Of a stretch of DNA of 64,000 bases, positions 1 to 8,039 are shown in pieces; position 1 is the first letter of the stretch, and each line of letters begins with the position of its first letter. The notes below the pieces were generated by a model, which was not told the origin of the DNA, did not search any database, and saw only the letters and a list, made by a program, of their open reading frames with translations. The position numbers and the translations under genes are program-made. Source of the stretch: an uncultured Eubacteriales bacterium (GTDB taxonomy: Bacteria; Bacillota; Clostridia; Oscillospirales; Oscillospiraceae); assembly GCA_900546295.1 (NCBI GenBank), contig URCK01000001.1, forward strand, positions 5,988-69,987, written 5' to 3'.

Positions 1-563
1 ATCTTGCGCTCATGCGCGCTATCCCCGGCATGACGGTCATCTGCCCTGCGGACGCCAACGAGGCCAAGGCCGCCACCATGGCCATCGCCGAGGTCGACGG
101 CCCGGTCTATATGCGCCTTGCGCGCCTCGCCACCCCCGTTTTCGAGGGAGACATGGTCAAGCCCTTTGAGATCGGCAAAGCAAACGTCCTGCGCGAGGGC
201 AAGGATGTTGCGATCTTCGCGACCGGACTCATGGTCAACGAGTCCCTGATGGCTGTCGAAGCGCTCGCAAACGAGGGCATCGACGCTGCCGTCATCAACA
301 TCCACACCATCAAGCCCATCGACGCGGAGTGCGTGACGAAGTACGCTGAAAAATGCGGCAAAGTCATTACCGTTGAAGAGCACAGCGTCATCGGCGGCCT
401 TGGCGACGCCGTGGCCGATGTCCTCATGGGCAAGGTCAACTGCAAGTTCCACAAGATCGGCGTGAACGACCGCTTCGGCCAGTCCGGCAAGGCGGCGGAC
501 GTGCTGCGCGAATACGGCCTGACGGCCGACCAGATCGCCGAGACCGTCAAGGCGAACATCTGA
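1..563 (+). CDS. Transketolase C-terminal subunit (5' truncated by window edge)
   Basis: GPVYMRLAR, IHTIKPID, TVEEHSVIGGLG and DRFGQSG motifs of the transketolase pyrimidine-binding/C-terminal domains. Confidence 0.9.
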   Translation, partial: LALMRAIPGMTVICPADANEAKAATMAIAEVDGPVYMRLARLATPVFEGDMVKPFEIGKANVLREGKDVAIFATGLMVNESLMAVEALANEGIDAAVINIHTIKPIDAECVTKYAEKCGKVITVEEHSVIGGLGDAVADVLMGKVNCKFHKIGVNDRFGQSGKAADVLREYGLTADQIAETVKANI

Positions 564-641
564 TGCAAAAAAAGAGAGACAAAACAGCTTGCTTTGTCTC
601 TCTTTTTCCCACAATCATATTTTCAAAAAGGAGAAGATATT

Positions 642-1610
642 ATGCCGCTCGTAACATCTACCGAAATGTTCAAAAAGGCCTATGACGGCGGATACGCCAT
701 CGGCGCGTTCAACGTCAACAACATGGAGATCGTGCAGGGCATCACCGAGGCCTGTCAGGAAGAGCACGCGCCCGTGATCCTGCAGGTCAGCAAGGGCGCG
801 CGCGCCTATGCGAACCACACCTACCTCGTTAAGCTCGTGGAGGCCGCAGTCGAGTGCTGCCCTGACATCCCCATCGTGCTGCATCTCGACCACGGCCCGG
901 ACTTTGAGACCTGCAAGTCCTGCATCGACGGCGGCTTCACCTCCGTGATGATCGACGCCTCCTCCAAGCCCTTCGCCGAGAACATTGAGATCACGAAGAA
1001 GGTCGTCGAATATGCCCACGACCACGGCGTTGTGGTCGAGGCCGAACTCGGCACGCTCGCCGGCATCGAGGATGAGGTCAAGGTCGCCGCGCACGAGGCG
1101 TCCTACACCCGCCCCGAGGAGGTTGAGGAATTCGTTTCCAAGACCGGCTGCGACTCCCTCGCCATCGCCATCGGCACGAGCCACGGTGCTTTCAAGTTCA
1201 AGCCCGAGCAGTGCACCGTGAACGAAAAGGGCATTCTCGTTCCGCCCCCGCTGCGCTTCGACGTGCTCGAGGAAGTCTCCAAGCGTCTGCCCGGCTTCCC
1301 CATCGTGCTGCACGGCTCCTCCTCCGTCCCGCAGGAGTATGTCAAGATGATCAACGAGCACGGCGGCAAGATGCCCAACGCCATCGGCGTACCCGAGGAG
1401 CAGCTGCGTCAGGCCGCAAAGCTTTCCGTCTGCAAGATCAACATCGACTCTGACCTGCGCCTCGCCATGACCGGTACGGTGCGCGCCTACCTCGACGAGC
1501 ACCCCGACAAGTTCGACCCGCGCGAGTATCTCAAGCCCGCCCGCGCCAACATCAAGGAAATGGTGCGCCACAAGCTCATCGACGTGCTTGGCTGCGCCGG
1601 CAAGGCTTAA
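642..1610 (+). CDS. fba: Class II fructose-1,6-bisphosphate aldolase
   Basis: AIGAFNVNN, LHLDHG, AIGTSHGAFK, VLHGSS, KINIDSD motifs; RBS AAGGAG before ATG 642. Confidence 0.95.
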   Translation: MPLVTSTEMFKKAYDGGYAIGAFNVNNMEIVQGITEACQEEHAPVILQVSKGARAYANHTYLVKLVEAAVECCPDIPIVLHLDHGPDFETCKSCIDGGFTSVMIDASSKPFAENIEITKKVVEYAHDHGVVVEAELGTLAGIEDEVKVAAHEASYTRPEEVEEFVSKTGCDSLAIAIGTSHGAFKFKPEQCTVNEKGILVPPPLRFDVLEEVSKRLPGFPIVLHGSSSVPQEYVKMINEHGGKMPNAIGVPEEQLRQAAKLSVCKINIDSDLRLAMTGTVRAYLDEHPDKFDPREYLKPARANIKEMVRHKLIDVLGCAGKA

Positions 1611-1625
1611 AGAAGGAGAAACGAT

Positions 1626-2864
1626 ATGAGTGAATTGAAAGGCGCGTGCATCATCGGCCAGTCCGGCGGCCCGACCTCCGTCATCAACGCGAGCGCTTAC
1701 GGCGTGATCCGCACGGCGCTCGATTCCGGCAGCATTACGAATGTCTACGGTGCAGAGCACGGCATCAAGGGCGTTCTGGCCGACCGGCTCTTCGATATGA
1801 GTCAGGAGGATGCAAAGGAGCTGGAGCTTTTGAAATACACCCCCTCCTCCGCCCTCGGCTCCTGCCGCTATAAGATGAAGGATCCCGACGAGGACGACAC
1901 GGACTACAAGCGCATTCTCGAGGTCTTCAAAAAGCATGACGTACGCTACTTTTTCTACAATGGCGGCAACGACTCGATGGACACCTGCAACAAGATCTCC
2001 AAGTACATGCAGAAGGTCGGCTACGAGTGCCGCGTGATGGGCGTGCCCAAGACGATCGACAACGACCTCTACGGCACCGACCACTGCCCCGGCTACGCGA
2101 GCGCTGCCAAGTACATCGCAACGAGCCTCATGGAGGTCTATCAGGACGCGCATGTTTACGACACGGGCATGATCTGCATCGTGGAGATCATGGGCCGCCA
2201 CGCCGGCTGGCTGACCGCCGCCGCCGCGCTTGCGACGGAGTACGGCGCAGGTCCCGATCTCATCTACCTGCCGGAGACCGACTTTGACATGGATTCCTTC
2301 CTTGCTGACGTCGAGCGCGTTTATAAGCAGACCGGCAGCTGCATGGTCGCCGTGTCCGAGGGCATCCACTACGCCGACGGCAGCTTTGTCTCCGAGGCCA
2401 AGACCAGCGCGACGGACGGCTTCGGCCACGCGCAGCTCGGCGGCCTCGCCGCGCTGCTGGCGAGCATCGTGAAGGAAAAGACCGGCGCGAAGGTGCGCGG
2501 CATCGAGCTTTCGCTGCTCCAGCGCTGCGGTGCGCACCTGGCCTCCGAGACGGACATTGAAGAGGCCGTCATGGCAGGCCGCGCCGCAGTGGAGAACGCC
2601 GTCGCCGGTATCACCGATAAGATGGTCGCCTTCGAGCGCGAGACCGTGAACGGTCACTACGCCTGCAAGACGAAGCTCCTCCCGCTCACGTCTGTTGCAA
2701 ACTATGAAAAGAAGATCCCGCTCGAGTGGATCAACGACGCGCACAACGGCGTTAAGCAGGAGCTGATCGACTATGTGCTGCCCCTCATCCAGGGCGAGCC
2801 GAAGCTCCCGAAGGAGGATTCTCTCCCCCGCTTTGCCAAGCTCAAAAAGGTGCTGGCCAAGTAA
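1626..2864 (+). CDS. pfk: 6-phosphofructokinase, probably PPi-dependent
   Basis: GQSGGP, GGNDS (Asp at the PPi-specificity position), PKTIDND, EIMGRHAGW. Confidence 0.9.
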   Translation: MSELKGACIIGQSGGPTSVINASAYGVIRTALDSGSITNVYGAEHGIKGVLADRLFDMSQEDAKELELLKYTPSSALGSCRYKMKDPDEDDTDYKRILEVFKKHDVRYFFYNGGNDSMDTCNKISKYMQKVGYECRVMGVPKTIDNDLYGTDHCPGYASAAKYIATSLMEVYQDAHVYDTGMICIVEIMGRHAGWLTAAAALATEYGAGPDLIYLPETDFDMDSFLADVERVYKQTGSCMVAVSEGIHYADGSFVSEAKTSATDGFGHAQLGGLAALLASIVKEKTGAKVRGIELSLLQRCGAHLASETDIEEAVMAGRAAVENAVAGITDKMVAFERETVNGHYACKTKLLPLTSVANYEKKIPLEWINDAHNGVKQELIDYVLPLIQGEPKLPKEDSLPRFAKLKKVLAK

Positions 2865-2873
2865 GATTTCCGA

Positions 2874-2913
2874 TAAAAAAGGAACCGATTCGTAAAGAAT
2901 CGGTTCCTTTTTT
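2874..2913. terminator. Bidirectional intrinsic terminator
   Basis: AAAAAAGGAACCGATTC-GTAAA-GAATCGGTTCCTTTTTT. Confidence 0.85.
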
Positions 2914-2995
2914 ATATCATTCCGGTCAGTCGTTCGCAAACCACTCGCCGAGAATATCCGTGGTGAGCGGCAGCGTCGTGCGCGTCCGCCTTCTC

Positions 2996-3085
2996 CTACG
3001 CGATAAGCTGCGGGATGCGGCTTGCTAAAATGATGCTGACAAGCGCCGCTGCCACCAGCAGCGGCAGCGCGATCTTTCGGTTCAT
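2996..3085 (-). CDS. 29-aa hydrophobic small ORF (MNRKIALPLLVAAALVSIILASRIPQLIA) or pseudogene remnant of an exported protein
   Basis: Strong RBS AGGAGGAAGAGG; signal-peptide-like sequence; TAG stop, after which the frame stays open to TAA at 2912. Confidence 0.45.
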   Translation of the reverse strand: MNRKIALPLLVAAALVSIILASRIPQLIA

Positions 3086-3179
3086 ATCCTCTTCCTCCTG
3101 TTATCCTTCTTATCGAACAGCATAACAGCGGACGGCGGAAATGACAAGTTACAAAGCGATGACATTCGGTTACAGGAAA

Positions 3180-3216
3180 GTAACAAAGAGAGAGGAAGCA
3201 CCTCTCTCTTTGTTAC
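3180..3216. terminator. Hairpin terminator after spoIVA
   Basis: GTAACAAAGAGAGAGG-AAGCA-CCTCTCTCTTTGTTAC. Confidence 0.75.
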
Positions 3217-3217
3217 T

Positions 3218-4699
3218 TTACAGGATAATGCAGATAAGGCCGCCCGTGCCCTCGTTGATGATGCGCTCGAGCGTCTGTCGCAGCTTGACGCGCGCGTCGT
3301 CCGGCATATGCTTGAGCTTTGCCTGAAGGTCCTCGTTCACGATCTCGTGGAAGCTGCGGCCGAAGATATTGGACTGCCAGATCTTTGCCGTGTCGCCCTC
3401 AAACTCCTGCAAGAGGTAGTTGACCATGTCCTCGCTCTGCTTTTCGTTGCCGACAATGGGCGAAACGGTCGTTTCGATGTCCGCGCGGATCATGTGAATG
3501 GACGGAGCGCTGGCCTTGAGCCGCACGCCGTAGCGACCTCCCTGCTTGACGATCTCCGGCTCCTCGAGGTCAAGCTCGTCGACCGTCGGAACGACGATGC
3601 CGTAGCCCGATTCGCGCGCGTCGCGGATGGCCTGCGCCACCTTGTCGTATTCCGCCTTGACCGAGGAAAGCTCGGTGAGCAGGCTCATGAGGTCGCCGTC
3701 GTCCGAAACGGTGAAGCCCGACTGCTCGCTGAGCGTCTGATAGAAGAGGGCGCGCGGCAGCTGCAATTCCGCCGCGGCGATACCCGTGCCGAGCTGAATG
3801 GACGTGATCTTCGAGCCGCTGATGCCCTCGCACGCGCCCAGCGCCGCGATGCAGGACTGCACCTGCCGGATGCAGCGCAGCTCCTCCGTCTTCTCGCGGA
3901 TGGCCTGATAAAGACCGCTTTTGATCGGATGCGCGGCGTCGAGTGCCTCGACCCATGCAGGGATGCTCAGGTCCAGCTCGCACAGCGGGAACTCATAGAG
4001 GATGGCTTTGAGAATACGGCTCACCGCTGCGTCGTCGAGCGTCAGGCAGTTCACCGGCAGACACGTCACGCAATACCGTGAAGCAATATCCCTTGCTATC
4101 GCTTGCGCGCGCTCGCTTTCCGGTTCTGCCGCGTTGAGCAGCACGAGGAAAGGCTTGCCGATCGCCTGCAATTCGCGGATGACGCGGCCCTCGGCTTCTA
4201 TGTAGTCCTCGCGCGGGATCTCGGTGATGCTGCCGTCCGTCGTCACCACAACGCCGATGGTCGAATGTTCGCGGATGACGCGCGTCGTGCCGATCTCCGC
4301 CGCCTCGCTCATCGGCACCTCGTGGTCGAGCCACGGCGTCGAGACCATGCGGGGGCTTTCGCCCTCCAGTTCGCCTGTTGCGCCGGGGATCATATAGCCC
4401 ACGCAGTCGATGAGCCGCACCGAGCAGCTCCCGCCCCCGTCCAGCGCGATATCGACCGCCTCCTCGGGCACAAACTTCGGCTCGGATGTCATCACCATGC
4501 GGCCGCTGCCGCTCTGCGGCAGCTCATCCTTTGCCCGCTCGCGGCGGTAAGCGTTGTCGATGTTCGGCAGGATCTGCGTTTCCATGAAGCGCTTGATGAA
4601 GGTCGACTTGCCCGCACGCACGGGGCCGACCACGCCGATGTAGATATCCCCCGACGTGCGAACGGAAATATCCTGATAGATCTCAGTATTCATGCTCAT
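3218..4699 (-). CDS. spoIVA: Stage IV sporulation protein A (coat morphogenetic ATPase)
   Basis: IYIGVVGPVRAGKSTFIKRFM, DELPQSGSG, C-terminal IINEGTGGLICIIL. Confidence 0.97.
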   Translation of the reverse strand: MSMNTEIYQDISVRTSGDIYIGVVGPVRAGKSTFIKRFMETQILPNIDNAYRRERAKDELPQSGSGRMVMTSEPKFVPEEAVDIALDGGGSCSVRLIDCVGYMIPGATGELEGESPRMVSTPWLDHEVPMSEAAEIGTTRVIREHSTIGVVVTTDGSITEIPREDYIEAEGRVIRELQAIGKPFLVLLNAAEPESERAQAIARDIASRYCVTCLPVNCLTLDDAAVSRILKAILYEFPLCELDLSIPAWVEALDAAHPIKSGLYQAIREKTEELRCIRQVQSCIAALGACEGISGSKITSIQLGTGIAAAELQLPRALFYQTLSEQSGFTVSDDGDLMSLLTELSSVKAEYDKVAQAIRDARESGYGIVVPTVDELDLEEPEIVKQGGRYGVRLKASAPSIHMIRADIETTVSPIVGNEKQSEDMVNYLLQEFEGDTAKIWQSNIFGRSFHEIVNEDLQAKLKHMPDDARVKLRQTLERIINEGTGGLICIIL

Positions 4700-4717
4700 T
4701 GCCTCTTCCTCCGTTTC

Positions 4718-6259
4718 TCAGCGTCTGCGCGGGATGAGCAGGAGTTTTCCGACCGCTGCGTCAGTTTCCTCCGCAAGGTCGTTTGCGGCGAGAATGTCGC
4801 CGACCGTCGTACGGTACTGCTTGGCAAGGTCCCACAGCCGCTCCCCCTGCCGGAGCGCGCGCAGCACGAGCGAGGGCGCGCTTTCGTCCTTTTCCGTCCG
4901 CTTTTCCGCCTGTAGGCTGATGAGGCACGGATAGCACGGCGCTTCCGCGTCGGCCAGCGTGAAAATGACAGGGAATCGCAGCTCCACGCCACCGTCGCTG
5001 ACGGATGCCGAGATCTCCCCTGCGCTCACGCCTTGCAGCCGCACGCGCCCGCTCACGGGCAGATCTGTCGGCAGCAGCACATCGATGCGCCGCTCTGAGA
5101 GCAGCGGCGTTCCGTTCTCGTCGAGGTACAAAACGCGCAGGTCCGCGCTCGTGCGCAGCTCTGCATCGTTTCCGCTGCCGCTGACGCCGGCCTCTACGAA
5201 GGAAACGTCGGCAGAGAGAATGCTCTGCACCTCCGCCCCTGTCTCGATCTTCTCGCGCACGCTCTGCTCGCGGGTAAAGAGCACCGGATCGTCGCTCAGC
5301 TCCACATTCTCCGACTTGACGGCCAGATCGTAGAGCGTACTGTAGAGATCCGCGATGCAGCAGACGCTGCGCACCTCGCGCAGCACGGCAAAGGCACTGA
5401 TATACAGCCGCAGCGAAATAAGACGCTCGTTGTCCGGCTCGCTCTCGCTGCCGACATGGACCTCAAGCCCCGTCAGGCGCAGCGAGGCGCGCGCCGTCGT
5501 TTCGCCGCTCGTCTCCGAAAGGCCGTCAAGGATCTGCGAAAACGGCAGCTCGCTTGTTGAGCGCTGCGCGTTTCCGTTCGTGTCGAGATACAGCAGCGCA
5601 AGATAGGCAACGCCCTTGAGCGCAAGCTTTCCGCCGACAACCTTGCAGTCGGCCACGCGCAGCGTGCACTTTGTGCAGAGAAGCTCGCGGATGGGGTTCT
5701 TCGTACTTGAGAGCAGCACCTCGTCGGAAAAGGTGAAGTCCTTTTCGCGGATGGCACGGATCATCGAAAGCTCGCGCTTTTCGCACAACGTTTCGATCCG
5801 GTAGGCCTCCTGCTCGCTCACGCCGCTGCACACGCTCATCACAGCGCTTGCATAGGGCGAAAGCGTCAGCTCCACGCTCGCGCGCGTGAGGATCTTGCGC
5901 GGGTTGAGAAGGCGCACCTCGCACGAGCAGAGGCGGCCCTCCAGGCAGCTGTCCGCCGCGCCGTCCAAAATGCGGCCGTCCATGGTGTGCTCAAGCGGCA
6001 GCGTGTAGGCAAAGGACTTGAGCCCCTGTCCATCCTCCGCCACATACAGAAGCGTCATGCGCAAAAGGCCTGATACGCTCGCTCTTCCGTTCACGATCTC
6101 GCGGCTGCGCAGCAGCAAACAGCCGCATACGTCCACGATTCGTCCGATATCCGGTAAGTAATCCGGGACGATGGTCTCCGCCGTCTCCTCATGTGTGTTG
6201 TTCAGCGGCGGCAGGGCCCGACAGCAGGCAAACTGCTCCTTCTTCAGCTCCAATTCCAT
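4718..6259 (-). CDS. SPOCS (DUF3794) repeat + C-terminal LysM coat protein, SipL-like
   Basis: IVPDYLPDIGRI SPOCS start; LysM GERLWDLAKQYRTTVGDILAAN; adjacent to spoIVA. Confidence 0.85.
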   Translation of the reverse strand: MELELKKEQFACCRALPPLNNTHEETAETIVPDYLPDIGRIVDVCGCLLLRSREIVNGRASVSGLLRMTLLYVAEDGQGLKSFAYTLPLEHTMDGRILDGAADSCLEGRLCSCEVRLLNPRKILTRASVELTLSPYASAVMSVCSGVSEQEAYRIETLCEKRELSMIRAIREKDFTFSDEVLLSSTKNPIRELLCTKCTLRVADCKVVGGKLALKGVAYLALLYLDTNGNAQRSTSELPFSQILDGLSETSGETTARASLRLTGLEVHVGSESEPDNERLISLRLYISAFAVLREVRSVCCIADLYSTLYDLAVKSENVELSDDPVLFTREQSVREKIETGAEVQSILSADVSFVEAGVSGSGNDAELRTSADLRVLYLDENGTPLLSERRIDVLLPTDLPVSGRVRLQGVSAGEISASVSDGGVELRFPVIFTLADAEAPCYPCLISLQAEKRTEKDESAPSLVLRALRQGERLWDLAKQYRTTVGDILAANDLAEETDAAVGKLLLIPRRR

Positions 6260-6291
6260 TGCGGTCCTCTCCTTCGGCATTGTGTTGCTTC

Positions 6292-6320
6292 ACCTTATGC
6301 CGCGCGGACGCGCTTTATGC
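6292..6320 (-). promoter_or_regulatory. Putative sigma-E promoter for sipL-spoIVA
   Basis: Minus strand GCATAAA-N14-CATAAGGT resembles the sigE consensus. Confidence 0.55.
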
Positions 6321-6395
6321 CTCCTTCCGCACGCCGAACACGCACCGCAGCAGCGCGCTGAGCGCCTTCGGAGACTTCCATACTACGATCTTCAT
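6315..6395 (-). CDS. spoVM: Stage V sporulation protein M (26 aa, MKIVVWKSPKALSALLRCVFGVRKEA); not a separate ORF in the track
   Basis: 26-aa amphipathic peptide with Pro at position 9 as in B. subtilis SpoVM; RBS GGGAGG; next to sipL/spoIVA. Confidence 0.85.
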   Translation of the reverse strand: MKIVVWKSPKALSALLRCVFGVRKEA

Positions 6396-6409
6396 CTCAG
6401 AATCCCTCC

Positions 6410-6589
6410 CTAAAATCTGCGCAAACAGCCGATGCCGCAGACGATGAGAAGAAACGCGACCAGAAACATCAGCGCCCCCACTGGGAAAACGGCTGCGACG
6501 AAAATGCCGAGCCCCAGCGCCAGGGCGCACAGTCCCGCGCAGCGCCACGGGCCGAAACCGGGCGGACGCGGCCCAAAGCCGGAATACAT
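6410..6589 (-). CDS. 59-aa two-TM small membrane protein upstream of spoVM
   Basis: MYSGFGPRPPGFGPWRCAGLCALALGLGIFVAAVFPVGALMFLVAFLLIVCGIGCLRRF; RBS GGGGGAG; stop abuts the spoVM RBS. Confidence 0.7.
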   Translation of the reverse strand: MYSGFGPRPPGFGPWRCAGLCALALGLGIFVAAVFPVGALMFLVAFLLIVCGIGCLRRF

Positions 6590-6810
6590 GGCTCTTCTCC
6601 CCCTCTCTTTTCGGCGTCTGCCTGTTCCATTCTATACAAAAGCGCCGCTTTCGTTCCTGCTCCACCGCGGCAAAGCGCCAAAGTTTCCCCGCGCGTTTTG
6701 GAGGTCCTTGACATTTTTTCCCCCTCGTGTAATATAAAAGCAACTTTACTTCACGCGGCGCTGCGAGCTGATCCCCGCACTGCACGCATCGGAAAGGACG
6801 GCAAACTCCC

Positions 6811-7974
6811 ATGCAGGAAATGAGCAGCAGAAACCAGCATTTTACCGATTCGGTCATCCGCAGGATGACGCGCATCTCCAACGAGTGCGGCGCGATCAAC
6901 TTAGCGCAGGGCTTCCCCGATTTTGATCCGCCCAAGGCAATGATGGATCGTCTCGAGGTCGTAAGCCACGAAGGGCCCCACCAGTACCCCATCACGATGG
7001 GCGCACCGAACTTCCGTCAGGCCATCGCGCGCAAGTGCGGCCATTTCATGGGCCGCACCATCGACCCTGAGACCGAGATCGTCGCCACCATCGGCTCGAC
7101 CGAGGCTATGGTCGACACGCTTTTTGCCCTGACCGACCCCGGCGACCGCATTGTAATGTTCTCCCCGTTCTTTGAAAATTATCGCGCCCAGACCATCATG
7201 GCCGGCTGCGAGCCTGTCTTCGTCCCCCTGAACCCGCCGACGTTCTCCTTCGACCCGAACGTACTCGAGGACGCCTTCCGCGGCGGTGCAAAGGCCATCA
7301 TCATCTGCAACCCCTCGAACCCAAGCGGCAAGGTCTTCACCGAGGAAGAGCTCAAGACCATCGCAGAGCTCTGCATCCGCTACGATGTTTACGCCATCAT
7401 GGACGAGGTGTATGAGCACATCATTTATGACGGCCGCAAGCACGTTTACATGAACAGCCTCCCCGGCATGTGGGAGCGCACGGTGTCCTGCTCCTCGCTT
7501 TCCAAGACCTATTCCATCACCGGCTGGCGCCTCGGCTATGCCATCGCGCCGGAGAACATCATGACGCGCATCCGCCAGTACCACGATTTCACCACCGTCG
7601 GCTGCCCTTCCCCGCTGATGGAAGCCGCCGTTGTGGGACTCAATATGCCGCAGAGCTACTACGACGAATTTGGCGCGCACTACGCGCACATGAAGAAGAT
7701 CTTCACCGAGGGCATGCGCGAGATCGGCATTCCCTTCACCGATCCCGAGGGCACATACTTCGTGCTGGCCGATATTTCCCCCTACCTCAAGAAGGGTCAG
7801 AGCGACGTTGACTTCTGCGAGCAGCTTGCGCGCAAGGCGGGCGTCGGCTCGGTGCCGGGCAGTTCCTTCTTTAGTGAGCCGATCAACAACATCATCCGTC
7901 TGCACTTCGCCAAGACGGATGAAACGCTCTACGAGGCGCTTGAGCGGCTCAGCCATATCAAGGACCTGATGTAA
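6811..7974 (+). CDS. PLP-dependent class I/II aminotransferase
   Basis: INLAQGFPDF, NPSNPSGK, DEVYEH, SLSKTYSITGWRLGY. Confidence 0.92.
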   Translation: MQEMSSRNQHFTDSVIRRMTRISNECGAINLAQGFPDFDPPKAMMDRLEVVSHEGPHQYPITMGAPNFRQAIARKCGHFMGRTIDPETEIVATIGSTEAMVDTLFALTDPGDRIVMFSPFFENYRAQTIMAGCEPVFVPLNPPTFSFDPNVLEDAFRGGAKAIIICNPSNPSGKVFTEEELKTIAELCIRYDVYAIMDEVYEHIIYDGRKHVYMNSLPGMWERTVSCSSLSKTYSITGWRLGYAIAPENIMTRIRQYHDFTTVGCPSPLMEAAVVGLNMPQSYYDEFGAHYAHMKKIFTEGMREIGIPFTDPEGTYFVLADISPYLKKGQSDVDFCEQLARKAGVGSVPGSSFFSEPINNIIRLHFAKTDETLYEALERLSHIKDLM

Positions 7975-7983
7975 GATATTGAT

Positions 7984-8025
7984 ACAGAAAAAACTCTGTT
8001 CCGATCGGAACAGAGTTTTTTCTGT
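7984..8025. terminator. Bidirectional terminator between the aminotransferase gene and ligA
   Basis: ACAGAAAAAACTCTGTTCCGATCGGAACAGAGTTTTTTCTGT perfect palindrome. Confidence 0.85.
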
Positions 8026-8039
8026 ACAGCGATTTTGCT

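Noticed and set aside
615..2939. 774-aa minus-strand ORF and similar long antisense ORFs (e.g. 53230-56265, 46186-48204, 60117-61757)
   Set aside because: Shadow frames opposite well-supported genes, expected from high-GC codon bias; no recognisable motifs.
6735..6810. SAM-type riboswitch before the aminotransferase gene
   Set aside because: The short leader lacks SAM-I or SMK consensus sequences.
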